From an uncultured Candidatus Binatia bacterium (lineage in GTDB: Bacteria; Desulfobacterota; Binatia; UBA9968; CAXXLF01), in contig OZ244621.1 of assembly GCA_965218425.1 (NCBI GenBank), forward strand, positions 2,432,001-2,496,000: 64,000 nucleotides of DNA, given 5' to 3'. Below the pieces are notes generated by a model. The model had not been told where the DNA came from. It worked only from the letters and a program-made list of their open reading frames with translations, and made no database searches. A program made the position numbers and the translations under genes. Of the stretch, positions 38,405 to 48,689 are shown in pieces (positions within the stretch are counted from its first letter, which is position 1; each line of letters begins with the position of its first letter).

Positions 38405-38653
38405 TCACCAAATCATCCTGACCACGCGATAGTGTTCCTGCAAGAACTTCTTGGCGGCCTCTTCGGTCTCTTTTTCGCCGGGGCCGGTGAAGCGGTGGGG
38501 GATGCCTTCCCGGCCCAACAGCATACAGGTGTTATCGAGGGGCCGGCCGGTGTTGAAGAGGATATAGCCGGCCCAGGTGTTTTTTTCCCGCACCGTCTTG
38601 ATCTCCACCCGGGCGACTCCCTTGAGTGAGGGGACCTCAACTTCGAACTTCAT
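38405..38653 (-). CDS. 82-aa hypothetical protein
   Basis: GC-rich third positions; decayed paralog at 32851; divergent from the AhpD gene. Confidence 0.7.
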   Translation of the reverse strand: MKFEVEVPSLKGVARVEIKTVREKNTWAGYILFNTGRPLDNTCMLLGREGIPHRFTGPGEKETEEAAKKFLQEHYRVVRMIW

Positions 38654-38764
38654 GGCAAGACAACAACTAATGCGCTTCACGAGGTAAGTCAAGGTCGGAT
38701 TCATACCCGCCCCGGCGGATTCATTATTTCTGCAACTGAGTCTTGAACGATATTCGCTCAAAAT

Positions 38765-38793
38765 TTGACAGCGAAAAATCATTGTGATCTACT
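38765..38793 (+). promoter_or_regulatory. Sigma70 promoter of the AhpD-Rieske pair
   Basis: TTGACA-N17-TCTACT with extended -10 TG. Confidence 0.55.
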
Positions 38794-38848
38794 CCCCACG
38801 TCCCGGCTTGAGATATCGAAATCCCCCCGCGCAAAGGAGGTTCGGACC

Positions 38849-39556
38849 GTGCCCTGGATCAAAATCATTCGGGAACGCGAGTCGGAGGGCGAGCTGAAGG
38901 AAGCCTATGAGAAGATGCGTGAAGTGAACCTCTCCTATGGGGAGACCTTCGGCAGCTCCGGCAACGCGGCCCCGGGACCCCATCCCGTGTCGCCACCCGA
39001 GCTTTCCAGCTTGAACCCGTTGTCCATGCTCTATGGGCGCCAGCTGATGATGCACGTCATGCGCGGGCCGTCGCGCCTCACGCCGGCGCAGCGGGAGATG
39101 ATCGCCACCGTAACCTCGTTGACGGCCAACTGCCGCTATTGAACGGTGGGTCACGCAGGGGCCCTGCGTAGAGTGGGTGGAGATGATCTCACGGCGGAGT
39201 TTATTCAAAACGACTGGCGCAAGGCAGAGCTCACGGAAGCCGAATACGCCATGCTGGAGTGGGCGGCGAAGCTGACCCTTTCACCCGCCATGATGACAGA
39301 GAAGGACATTCAAAAGCTCAGGGACGTGGGCTGGACGGACCGGGACATTCTCGACATCGCCTCGGTGAGTGCTTACTTTAACTTTCGGCTGCGGATGGTG
39401 GATGGTCTGGGATTGGACGTGGCGGATGAGAACGCGGTGCGGGCCACGCAGGCGCGGCATCATGCGGCGGCCATGGCCAAGGAGCGAGGTTTGGCGCTGC
39501 CCAATGACGTCTGGGGTGTGGGGGAACAGGCGAAAAAGGCCAAGACAAAGGCTTGA
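38849..39556 (+). CDS. AhpD/carboxymuconolactone-decarboxylase-family peroxidase-like selenoprotein (CxxU), 235 aa
   Basis: AAGGAGG RBS and GTG 38849; REMIATVTSLTANCRY-TGA-TVGH continues in frame into KLTLSP, LRDVGW, AYFNFRLRMVDGLG; hairpin downstream of the TGA. Confidence 0.88.
39140..39172 (+). promoter_or_regulatory. Candidate bacterial SECIS element
   Basis: TGA + 10 nt + ACGCAGG-GGC-CCTGCGT perfect 7-bp stem with a G-first loop. Confidence 0.7.
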
Positions 39557-39598
39557 GCCGGGCAGCGGTGGGTTGCCCATGGACAGGAGGACCGCCCG

Positions 39599-40753
39599 AT
39601 GGCTTTGACCCGTGAGGAAAACGATCTCTTTACCCGGGTTGGACCGGGGACCCCCGCGGGCCGGATGATGCGCTGCTATTGGCATCCCATAGGTTTCGCC
39701 AAGGAGTTGAAGGATAAGCCGAAACGTCGGAGGCTTCTGGGCGAGGACCTGGTGCTGTTTCGTGACGATAAGGGAAGGTTGGGCCTCCTGGGCTTATACT
39801 GTCCCCACCGCGGCACTTCTCTCGAGCTCGGTTACATCGAGGACGGAGGTATTCGCTGTTGTTACCATGGCTGGTTGTTCGATGTGGAGGGGCGTTGCCT
39901 GGAACAGCCCGCAGAACCTCCAGGCAGCAGTTTCAAGGAGCGGGTCGGGCTGCCCGCATACAGGGCGGAGGAGATCGGCGGAGCCATTTTCGCTTATCTC
40001 GGTCCCGATCCTGCTCCGCTGTTGCCGAGGTATGACGTCCTGGTGCGGGAGGACGGGGTCCGCTCCATGGGGGCCCGGGTTCAAAGCTGCAATTATTTCC
40101 AGGCGGTGGAGAACACGGTGGACCAGCACCACTTCAGGTTCCTGCACAGAACTCCCACGTCGCGTCAATGGAGAGACGTGGAACTCGAATCCGAGGTGAC
40201 GGAGTTCGGGATCCGCGACCGCTATACGCGTCGTGTCGGCAATGAAAAATACACGACGGTGAGCTACTTCGTGATGCCCACCATGAACAAGACCGGTTAC
40301 CACCAGGAGGAGGATCATCCTGCCGGCTTCAGGGCCGCTCACCCGGGTTATGAAGCCATGCGTTGGCGTGTTCCCATGGACGATTTCCACACTCTCCATG
40401 TAACGGTGGCTTTCAGTCCGCTGGTGAACGGCAGGCCCGCGCCGGCTCTGCCCCCCGACCGACAGGAGGAGGGGATCACCGAGACGCCGCCGGGGGTCTA
40501 TCGGTGGGATGAGTCCATCGGCGCCGTTGCGCGGGGAGACCAGGACCGCTCCGCCCAGGAAAGCCAGGGGCCGATCTTCGACCGGACCACGGAACATCTC
40601 GGCGCGTCGGATAAAGGGGTCATTCTGTTGCGGAACCTGTATAAGCGGTCCATCGAGTCCGTGAAAAACGGTTCCGATCCCATGGGCGTTGTCAGAAGTC
40701 CGGCGAAGAATGAAATAATTGAAATTATTCCACGTGAGGAAGTGATCGGTTGA
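39599..40753 (+). CDS. Rieske non-heme iron oxygenase alpha subunit (phthalate dioxygenase/LigX-like)
   Basis: RVGPGTPAG, CPHRG...CCYHGW, ENTVDQHH...LH, QD...QESQG, EHLGASD; AGGAGG RBS. Confidence 0.92.
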   Translation: MALTREENDLFTRVGPGTPAGRMMRCYWHPIGFAKELKDKPKRRRLLGEDLVLFRDDKGRLGLLGLYCPHRGTSLELGYIEDGGIRCCYHGWLFDVEGRCLEQPAEPPGSSFKERVGLPAYRAEEIGGAIFAYLGPDPAPLLPRYDVLVREDGVRSMGARVQSCNYFQAVENTVDQHHFRFLHRTPTSRQWRDVELESEVTEFGIRDRYTRRVGNEKYTTVSYFVMPTMNKTGYHQEEDHPAGFRAAHPGYEAMRWRVPMDDFHTLHVTVAFSPLVNGRPAPALPPDRQEEGITETPPGVYRWDESIGAVARGDQDRSAQESQGPIFDRTTEHLGASDKGVILLRNLYKRSIESVKNGSDPMGVVRSPAKNEIIEIIPREEVIG

Positions 40754-41030
40754 ATCGGCTTTTAATCGAACGCATCCGTTGCCGGATGTTTCCGGGAGCG
40801 GCATCCTCCGCCGGCCTGGCGGGCGGCATCAAGCGGGTTTTCGAATCAGATCTCTTCGCTCCGGCGGATCGACGCGATCGAATCCGGCGCCGGCAAGGGG
40901 GCAGGTCGATCGTTCCGGCTGTCAGCCTGCGGCGCCGCGCCCTCGGGGGCACTGCGCCGTGTTCGCAAGCCTGACCGTGCCAAGACCCGTATACGCATCC
41001 CGTCACATCTTGTCTGTCACATTTTGTCCG

Positions 41031-43886
41031 TCACATCTTTTCAAGGGAAGGGGTCCCGCCGTCCTTGCGCGCGCGCCTGGATTTGCTTTCCTGGATCTGA
41101 CTCACCGTTGTGAGGACTCCCTCGGGCAGCGGTTCGTTATTGCCCCGGGCGCGGATCAGGATCACGGTCCGGGGCGTCTTGGGATCCGACAGAATCCGGC
41201 GAGCTTCGCTGACCACGTCCGATTTCTTCAGCTTCTTCACCGCTTCCACCAGCTGCTCGTGGTATCGAAAGTTGCCTTTTTCCCTGGTGGCGTAATCGTA
41301 GAGTTCTCCGGCCACCTCGGCGATGCTGTCTCCCTCCTCTTCGAGGGATACGATCAATCCCTTCCTGTGCTTTTCGAATTCCTCATCGGTGAGCGCATCA
41401 AATAAATGATGAGACTGTTTCATCCATGACTCCACCCGGGCCTTGAGTTCCAGTGGACCGTGGCCGGCCGATTGAATGAGAAAACTGAAAAACAGCCTGT
41501 CCCGGCTCCGGTGGTTAAAGCTGGCAACGATATAGCCCAGTTGCTGGTTGGTTCGCATCTGCGTATAAAAATCGCTTTCCACAATGGATCTCACCAGGGA
41601 CGCCTTGGCGTGGGTGGGAAGATCCATTTCCCCGACCTGCAACGTATAGGTCAGGGCGTTGTTGTTGTTCGGTATCTCCCTGGAGAAAAGGATCCTTTCG
41701 CCGGAGTCCAGGACCTCCATTCTTTCCTGATAGCGTTCCTCCTCAGGCAAGGGTCGGCTCTTGATCTCGGCCAACAACAGGTCCAGGCTGTCCCGGACCT
41801 TGGCTTCACTCCAGTTGCCGTACGCCACGCCGGTGATGAAAACCTTGTCATAGAGACTCTTGGCGTGTTCCTTCACATCGTCGAAGGTGACGGACTTGAG
41901 CTCGTCAAGGATTTGCTCTTCGTTATATTGCTTCACCCGCCATATCAATCGGTTGTAGTATCTTGCCCTCGAATAGGCGGACCTCAGCTTTCTATTTTCG
42001 GCTCGGCGAACGGCCGCCCTTTTGAGGTCGTTGAACTTCTGCTCGTCGATGCTGATTCGGGTCAAATTCCCGGCCACCAACTGGAGCAGATCAGAGATCC
42101 TTTGGGAATAGCCGCCCAAGGACAGGATGATTCCTTTCTTGCGTACGCTCAGGCCATAGGACAAGCCGGCGAGCTGGATGGGATACACCAATTCATTCAA
42201 TCCCTCCTGGACCGCGGCGGAATACAGCCTGGAGCGGGCGTAGTTCTTAACTGTGTCGTAAACGCGAGGGGTTTCTACCCGAAGTATCATATTGACCCTC
42301 GGCTGTTCGAAACGGCTGTCAAATTGAAACCAGACCCTGGCGAGAGGGTCGTCGCGAACGAGGCTGGGTCGTTCATCCATGAGGGTGAGATTGTAGGGAA
42401 TGAATTCGTTTCTCTTCGGGTAGAAGATGCCGTCTATCGTGCCGGGGCTATGAAGCTTTTCGTAGGATTCCCCTCCGACTTCCCGGATGGAATATTCCGT
42501 TCCATAGAATTCGGCTTGCCGGTCCGTTTCCACGGACCGGGACTGCAGGACGGCCAGCATATTTTCCGGCGTCAGCGTGGCCAGGATAGCCTTGTAGGCC
42601 GCAGGTTCGTATTTCCGGTAAAGGTAGGGAAGGGTTTCCACATCCGCAAGCTTGTATGTCTGCATCTGTGCGGCCTTGGAGGCCACATATCCCATGCCCT
42701 CGTCGGGGTCTTTCCATTGAAAATCGATCCGGGCCATGGTCCGGGTTTCCCGGAACGTGTATTCTTCGAACCCGCGTTTGTCGAGCAGGTGAATATAAGC
42801 AAAGATCAGTTCCAGGACCCGCTGGTGGTTCTTCTCGCCTTTCTTGGTTAATCGAACGGAGATATCAAAGGAAGAAAGGTTGGGATGGCTGGAATCGCCT
42901 CCGGCGGACAGCCCGAGGGCGAGCCCCTCTTCCTTTAATCTTGAAAGCAGGGAACCTTTCCCTTCGTACCCTAACACGTGGGCTACGATATGCGCGGGTT
43001 TGCTGTCCAGGTGGTCATCGAGCCGGATGGTGGGAAAGGTGAGTGTCAGGCTTTGCACGTCCCGGATGGTTTTTACTTGCATGAACCGGTACCGGCCTTT
43101 AAGGGGTTTACGGTAGGCCTCATCGATATGCGGCATCTCCACCGGACGGTCCGGAATATCGGAGAAATACCTTGCCGCCAACTCCTCCTGCTCCCTGAGG
43201 GGAAGGTTGGACAGGGTGGCAAGCTTCATCCTCGAGGCGGAATAGTACTTGCGGTGAAATGCCAGCAAGGCGGGCCGGTTGTCCCCCGCAAGGGTCTCTT
43301 TGTTTCCCGTGCCGAATTTTGTGACGGGGTGTCCTTTCTCCGCCACCTGGCTCACGGCGTGGGCCACGCGCCATCGATCCCGCAGCTTGTTCTTGTCGTG
43401 CTCGCTGTGGACCGCATTGACTTCTCTTTCGGAGTATTGTTTGTCGAACAGGGGCTCTTTGAAAAATTGGCTGAAGCGGTCCAGGGCCTCTTGGTAGGCT
43501 CCATGGGAAATCTCAAAGAAGTAGTTGGTGATCATGTCCCCCGTATAGGCGTTGTTGTCCCCGGAATTTGCGGATAGAAGTTTATCGAAGGCGTTGACCT
43601 CCGGATACTTTTTCGTCCCCAGGAACAGCATGTGCTCCAGATAATGGGCCAATCCCAGCTTCTCTTCAGGGTCATAGAGACTGCCGACACCCACGGCCAA
43701 AGCTGCGGCGCTGCGGGTCACCTCGGGATCATGCATGAGCAGGACCGCCAGACCGTTATCGAGCACCAGGGTCTTGCTCTCTCTTTTCTTGGCCTCCGCC
43801 GGGCCATGGAGAAGCAGGACGAGGGCTACAAAGGGTATGAAGAAAGCGGGCGATTTGGGTAAACGCACGGGACACCTCCAACTCAT
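41031..43886 (-). CDS. Exported M16A metallopeptidase (pitrilysin/insulinase)
   Basis: Signal peptide; GLAHYLEHMLFLGT (HxxEH), NAYT, MRTNQQLGY. Confidence 0.93.
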   Translation of the reverse strand: MSWRCPVRLPKSPAFFIPFVALVLLLHGPAEAKKRESKTLVLDNGLAVLLMHDPEVTRSAAALAVGVGSLYDPEEKLGLAHYLEHMLFLGTKKYPEVNAFDKLLSANSGDNNAYTGDMITNYFFEISHGAYQEALDRFSQFFKEPLFDKQYSEREVNAVHSEHDKNKLRDRWRVAHAVSQVAEKGHPVTKFGTGNKETLAGDNRPALLAFHRKYYSASRMKLATLSNLPLREQEELAARYFSDIPDRPVEMPHIDEAYRKPLKGRYRFMQVKTIRDVQSLTLTFPTIRLDDHLDSKPAHIVAHVLGYEGKGSLLSRLKEEGLALGLSAGGDSSHPNLSSFDISVRLTKKGEKNHQRVLELIFAYIHLLDKRGFEEYTFRETRTMARIDFQWKDPDEGMGYVASKAAQMQTYKLADVETLPYLYRKYEPAAYKAILATLTPENMLAVLQSRSVETDRQAEFYGTEYSIREVGGESYEKLHSPGTIDGIFYPKRNEFIPYNLTLMDERPSLVRDDPLARVWFQFDSRFEQPRVNMILRVETPRVYDTVKNYARSRLYSAAVQEGLNELVYPIQLAGLSYGLSVRKKGIILSLGGYSQRISDLLQLVAGNLTRISIDEQKFNDLKRAAVRRAENRKLRSAYSRARYYNRLIWRVKQYNEEQILDELKSVTFDDVKEHAKSLYDKVFITGVAYGNWSEAKVRDSLDLLLAEIKSRPLPEEERYQERMEVLDSGERILFSREIPNNNNALTYTLQVGEMDLPTHAKASLVRSIVESDFYTQMRTNQQLGYIVASFNHRSRDRLFFSFLIQSAGHGPLELKARVESWMKQSHHLFDALTDEEFEKHRKGLIVSLEEEGDSIAEVAGELYDYATREKGNFRYHEQLVEAVKKLKKSDVVSEARRILSDPKTPRTVILIRARGNNEPLPEGVLTTVSQIQESKSRRARKDGGTPSLEKM

Positions 43887-44068
43887 TGGTTTAGATAGGG
43901 GAACCGTTCATCTTCAAGCTCCAGGCCCATATTCGAGTCTTCATCGGTGAGGGAATGAAATAATCCTGAAAAAATCGATTTTACCACCTAATTATACAAA
44001 GACCGTGGTCGTATATCCAGGTGCTTTGACTAGAAATGCTAGTCCTAGCGGCAAGAAATTGATAAACT

Positions 44069-44431
44069 ATGCCCATGGTAGCCGGGCCGAGTAAGGAACT
44101 GGAGACTTTCGCTAACCCCCGACCTGAAAGGGACTACGAGATTAACCTCGAATGTCCTGAGTTTACCTGCGTTTGCCCGCGTACGGGTCAGCCTGACTTT
44201 GCGACCATCCGAATTCAATACGTGCCGGACTCGTTGTGCATCGAGCTGAAATCCCTGAAGCTGTACCTCTGGTCGTACCGAAACGAGGGGGCATTTCACG
44301 AAGATGTCACTAATCGAATCCTGGATGATCTGGTCGAGGCCTGCCGTCCTAGATCCATGTCCGTGGTGGGGGATTTTAATGTGCGTGGCGGCATCCACAC
44401 GGTGATCACTGCCGGTTACAAGGCCGATTGA
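44069..44431 (+). CDS. queF: PreQ0 reductase (type I)
   Basis: [31 protein letters not shown]. Confidence 0.95.
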   Translation: MPMVAGPSKELETFANPRPERDYEINLECPEFTCVCPRTGQPDFATIRIQYVPDSLCIELKSLKLYLWSYRNEGAFHEDVTNRILDDLVEACRPRSMSVVGDFNVRGGIHTVITAGYKAD

Positions 44432-44595
44432 AGCCTGCCCGGACGTCTGAAGGGAACCTTGGCAAGGTTTTTGTCCTGAAATTGTCGGGTCCGCTTTCAC
44501 GCCTGCGCCCGTGGCATCCATTGTTCGGCCAAGCTCAGGCGCCCGGGTTCTAAGATTGAATTCAAAGGCTTCTAAACTTTCTTCAGTAACTAACC

Positions 44596-46593
44596 ATGGA
44601 TGACATAGCCGTTTTAAAACAACTCCTGATTGTTCTCACCGCCACCCTTTCCATCGTGTTCGTCTTTCAAAAGCTCAGGGTCCCCGTCATCCTGGGTTTT
44701 CTGGTGGCGGGTGTGATCATCGGCCCCGACTCCCTGGGGCTCATCCATGACGTTCATGAAGTGGAGCTCCTCGCGGAGATAGGCGTTGTCCTCCTCCTCT
44801 TTACCATCGGGCTCGAATTTTCCTTGTCGGAGTTTCACACGGCCCGGAACTACATCCTATGGGCCGGGATACTTCAGGTGGCCGTTACAACCCTGGTGAG
44901 CCTGGCTGCCGCGCTTTTTCTGGGCCACTCAGCTCAGGTGGGTATATTCTTCGGATTTCTCATTTCGCTGAGCAGCACAGTCATCGTTCTCAAGGTGTAC
45001 AGTGACCGGCGGGAGATCGATTCCTTACAGGGGAAGTTGGCCACGGGTCTGCTCCTGTTTCAGGATCTCTGTATCGTGCCCATGATGCTTCTCCTTCCCG
45101 TGCTGGGTCAAACCGGTGACGTATCTCTTCTACTCATTGGCTGGGCGCTCCTTAAGGCGATCCTGGTGCTCCTTCTGGTCGTGGCCGCCGCGCGAAGCGT
45201 TCTACCCTGGCTCCTACGTCAAGTGGCCATTGTCAGAAATCGAGAGATCTTTCTACTGTTTGTCATCTTCGTCTGTCTGGGAACCGCGTGGCTCACTTCC
45301 ACGTTGGGACTCTCCCTTGCTCTGGGTGCGTTCATTGCCGGGCTGTTGATCTCGGAATCAGAGTACAGCCATCAGATCGTAGCCGAGATAGTTCCCTTGC
45401 GGGATTGTTTCAGTGGAATTTTCTTTATCTCCATCGGAATGCTTCTGAACGTCCATTTCCTGATGGACAATATTGTCCCGGCATTAATGAATTTCCTTCT
45501 AATCATTGGAGTCAAGGCTCTGGTGATCTTTCTGATCTACTGGCGGCTATACCGTTCGCTCCGACTGGGTGTCATACTGGGTCTGAGTCTAGCCCAGATT
45601 GGAGAGTTTTCCTTTATTCTCGCCGCAGCGGGACGGGACTTCGGTCTGCTGACTGAGACCGCCGGGCAGACTTTTCTGGCCGCTTCCATTCTCACCATGA
45701 CGGCAACTCCCTTTCTGATACAGTGGGTCAATCGGTTGGCCTATGGGTTTGAAGCCATGGTCAAGGTTCCAGGAGTCAAGACGCCGGCGGAAAAGGATAG
45801 GCAAGAGTCCGCCACGGGTCACGTGATGGTGGTGGGCTATGGTTTGAACGGGCAAAACCTTACCCGGGTCCTCAAAGAGGTGGGGATCCGCTACCGGATC
45901 TTAGAGATGAATCCTGATCTCATCAGCAAGGCCAAGGCCGCCCGTGAGCCGGTGACTTTTGGAGACGGGACCCAACAGAATGTCCTGGAGCACGCCGGCA
46001 TCCACGGGGCTCGGGCCATGGTGGTGGCAATATCCGATTCCGTGGCGACGCTGCATACGGTACGGCAGGCCAGGAGCCTCAGGTCTGATCTGTTCATCCT
46101 GGTTCGTACCCGTTATGTGTCGGACATCGACAAGCTGTATCGAATCGGGGCGAGCCAGGTCATACCCGAGGAGTTTGAAACCTCAGTGGAAATCTTTGCG
46201 CGGGTCCTGGAGGAATACCACGTGCCCCGCAATGTGATCTCGCTCCAAGTGGATTTGATGCGACGGGAACGGTACCGGATGATGCGGGGGCTCAAGCTCG
46301 AGGGCAAAAGCCTGGATCAACTGAGTCAGTATCTGGCGGGCACCATCACCGATACGGTGTTGTTGCTGGAAGGATCGCCGGCCGTTGGCAAAACCCTGGC
46401 GGGGCTTGAGGTGAGGTCTCGCTACGGGGTGACCGTAATTGCGGTGGTTCGAGACGGCAAGTCCATACACAATCCTCCGCAGGATTTCCTGCTGTCCGCC
46501 GGCGATGTTCTCGTCCTGCTGGGAAGCCACCAGGAATTGGACCAGGCCACGCGACTGCTGAGTCCAACCTCTGAAACCAGCTCCAATTTCTAG
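44596..46593 (+). CDS. CPA2 cation/H+ antiporter with TrkA-N and TrkA-C domains (KefB/C-like)
   Basis: LFTIGLE, LLFQD, GAFIAG, QIGEF, VVGYGLNG, C-terminal RCK-C. Confidence 0.92.
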   Translation: MDDIAVLKQLLIVLTATLSIVFVFQKLRVPVILGFLVAGVIIGPDSLGLIHDVHEVELLAEIGVVLLLFTIGLEFSLSEFHTARNYILWAGILQVAVTTLVSLAAALFLGHSAQVGIFFGFLISLSSTVIVLKVYSDRREIDSLQGKLATGLLLFQDLCIVPMMLLLPVLGQTGDVSLLLIGWALLKAILVLLLVVAAARSVLPWLLRQVAIVRNREIFLLFVIFVCLGTAWLTSTLGLSLALGAFIAGLLISESEYSHQIVAEIVPLRDCFSGIFFISIGMLLNVHFLMDNIVPALMNFLLIIGVKALVIFLIYWRLYRSLRLGVILGLSLAQIGEFSFILAAAGRDFGLLTETAGQTFLAASILTMTATPFLIQWVNRLAYGFEAMVKVPGVKTPAEKDRQESATGHVMVVGYGLNGQNLTRVLKEVGIRYRILEMNPDLISKAKAAREPVTFGDGTQQNVLEHAGIHGARAMVVAISDSVATLHTVRQARSLRSDLFILVRTRYVSDIDKLYRIGASQVIPEEFETSVEIFARVLEEYHVPRNVISLQVDLMRRERYRMMRGLKLEGKSLDQLSQYLAGTITDTVLLLEGSPAVGKTLAGLEVRSRYGVTVIAVVRDGKSIHNPPQDFLLSAGDVLVLLGSHQELDQATRLLSPTSETSSNF

Positions 46594-46718
46594 CTCACGG
46601 TTTGATTTCCAGGAAAATTTCACATAAGCAATAAAAGACCTAACCGTTGTAGTCAGTGACGCCAGTGCCTGCTCTGTGCACTGCCGATACTTGAAGAGGC
46701 GAGACCGCTCGAGCAATC

Positions 46719-48506
46719 ATGACCAGCACATTAATGAACGGGAAGCTCAATGCGTGGGTTCGTGAGGCAGCCGACCTGTGCAAGCCCGATTCCCTTTACT
46801 GGTGTAATGGGGGCAAGGCGGAGTACGATCACTTAATGGCTCAAATGGTCAGCAGTGCAATGGCCGTCCCCCTCAGGCAACGTCCCAATTCTTTCTTGTT
46901 TCGGTCCGATCCAAGCGACGTGGCCAGGACCGAAGACCGCACCTACATTGCTTCTCCAACAAAGATCGAGGCCGGCCCCACCAATAATTGGGTGGACCCC
47001 GACGAGCTCAAGCAGACCATGAGCGGCCTGTATGACGGTTGCATGAAGGGGCGGACCATGTATGTGATCCCCTTTTCCATGGGACCCATTGGATCACCCA
47101 TAGCTAAAATCGGCGTGGAGATAACCGATAGCCCCTATGTGGTATGCAACATGCACGTTATGACACGTGTGGGGGACAGAGTGCTCCAGACACTCGGGCC
47201 TGATGGGGACTTCATCCCTTGCCTGCACTCCGTGGGCGCTCCCCTTGCCAAAGGTCAGAAGGATGATTCTTGGCCCTGCGCCCCCATGGAACGCAAATAC
47301 GTCAGCCATTTTCCCCAGGAAAATTTGATTTGGTCTTTCGGCTCCGGTTACGGCGGCAACGCGCTGCTGGGGAAAAAATGCCTGGCTCTCAGGATCGCCT
47401 CCGCCATGGCCCAGCGTGAGGGCTGGATGGCGGAGCATATGTTGATCATGCGGCTCACCAATCCCGCGGGGAAACAGTTCCATATCGCCGCCGCTTTTCC
47501 TTCTGCCTGCGGAAAGACCAATCTGGCGATGATTGTGCCTACCATCCCGGGATGGAAGTGTGAATGCCTGGGCGATGACATTTCCTGGATGAAAATCGGC
47601 GCGGACGGACGACTCCACGCCATTAACCCCGAATCGGGTTTCTTCGGTGTTGCACCCGGCACCTCTTATGGGTCCAATCCCATGGCCATGGAGACCTTGA
47701 AAGAGAACGTTATCTTCACCAACTGTGCCCTTGCCGACCATGGTGATGTCTGGTGGGAAGGAATGGACGGAGATCCTCCCTCCCATGCCATCGACTGGAA
47801 GGGCGAGGACTGGCGTCCCGACCTAAAAACTCCTGCGGCCCACCCAAACGCTCGGTTTACGGTCCCGGCGGCCCAGTGTCCGGAAATCTGTAACGACTGG
47901 GAAAAACCCGAGGGTGTTCCCATCGACATTTTTATATTCGGCGGTCGTCGTGCCGGTGTTGTGCCGTTGGTTACCGAAGCGTTCAACTGGCGTCATGGGG
48001 TTTTTCTTGGGGCAACGGCGGCATCGGAGACCACTGCGGCCATCATCGGGACCGTGGGCAGGTTAAGGCGGGACCCCTTCGCCATGACCCCGTTTTGCGG
48101 TTACAACATGGGAGACTATTTTCGGCATTGGTTGAAAATGGGGGACAGGCTCGGTGGCAAGGCGCCACGCATTTTCTATGTCAACTGGTTTCGTAAGACT
48201 CCTGAGGGTAAGTGGTTGTGGCCAGGGTTTGGTGAGAATAGCCGAGTGCTTAAGTGGATGTGTGATCGGATGGACGGGAAAATCGGCGCTAGGGAAACAC
48301 CCATTGGTAACGTGCCTAACCCTGGAGACCTTGACCTTACAGGCCTAACCCTCCCGTCGGACGATTTAAATGAGCTGCTCAAGGTGGACGCGGAACTCTG
48401 GAGACCCGAAGTCCCGGATATCGAAAAGTACTTCGCCCAATTCGGAGACCGTATTCCGAATCCCACGCGAGTGGAGCTGCGCGAACTGGCCAACCGCCTA
48501 GGATAG
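46719..48506 (+). CDS. pckG: Phosphoenolpyruvate carboxykinase (GTP)
   Basis: [38 protein letters not shown]. Confidence 0.97.
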   Translation: MTSTLMNGKLNAWVREAADLCKPDSLYWCNGGKAEYDHLMAQMVSSAMAVPLRQRPNSFLFRSDPSDVARTEDRTYIASPTKIEAGPTNNWVDPDELKQTMSGLYDGCMKGRTMYVIPFSMGPIGSPIAKIGVEITDSPYVVCNMHVMTRVGDRVLQTLGPDGDFIPCLHSVGAPLAKGQKDDSWPCAPMERKYVSHFPQENLIWSFGSGYGGNALLGKKCLALRIASAMAQREGWMAEHMLIMRLTNPAGKQFHIAAAFPSACGKTNLAMIVPTIPGWKCECLGDDISWMKIGADGRLHAINPESGFFGVAPGTSYGSNPMAMETLKENVIFTNCALADHGDVWWEGMDGDPPSHAIDWKGEDWRPDLKTPAAHPNARFTVPAAQCPEICNDWEKPEGVPIDIFIFGGRRAGVVPLVTEAFNWRHGVFLGATAASETTAAIIGTVGRLRRDPFAMTPFCGYNMGDYFRHWLKMGDRLGGKAPRIFYVNWFRKTPEGKWLWPGFGENSRVLKWMCDRMDGKIGARETPIGNVPNPGDLDLTGLTLPSDDLNELLKVDAELWRPEVPDIEKYFAQFGDRIPNPTRVELRELANRLG

Positions 48507-48689
48507 CCTGACTTTGGATGGGGGCCATGGGATCAATCCATCCCCGAAAAATTTGAATCCCCACGGACGATTTGCCTGGGTTTTAAGGGTAAAAATTTTC
48601 CTTGCCTTTTGTTTCGATTCCAATAACGTAGGCGCATCTCGATTCAGTTTGAGTTCAGGGGTTTTTCGTTTCGTGTCCCTATTGGCAAC

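Noticed and set aside
41460..42851. Long antisense ORFs (also 39794-40804, 54351-55499, 7728-8501)
   Set aside because: Shadows of well-supported genes on the opposite strand, with no motifs of their own.
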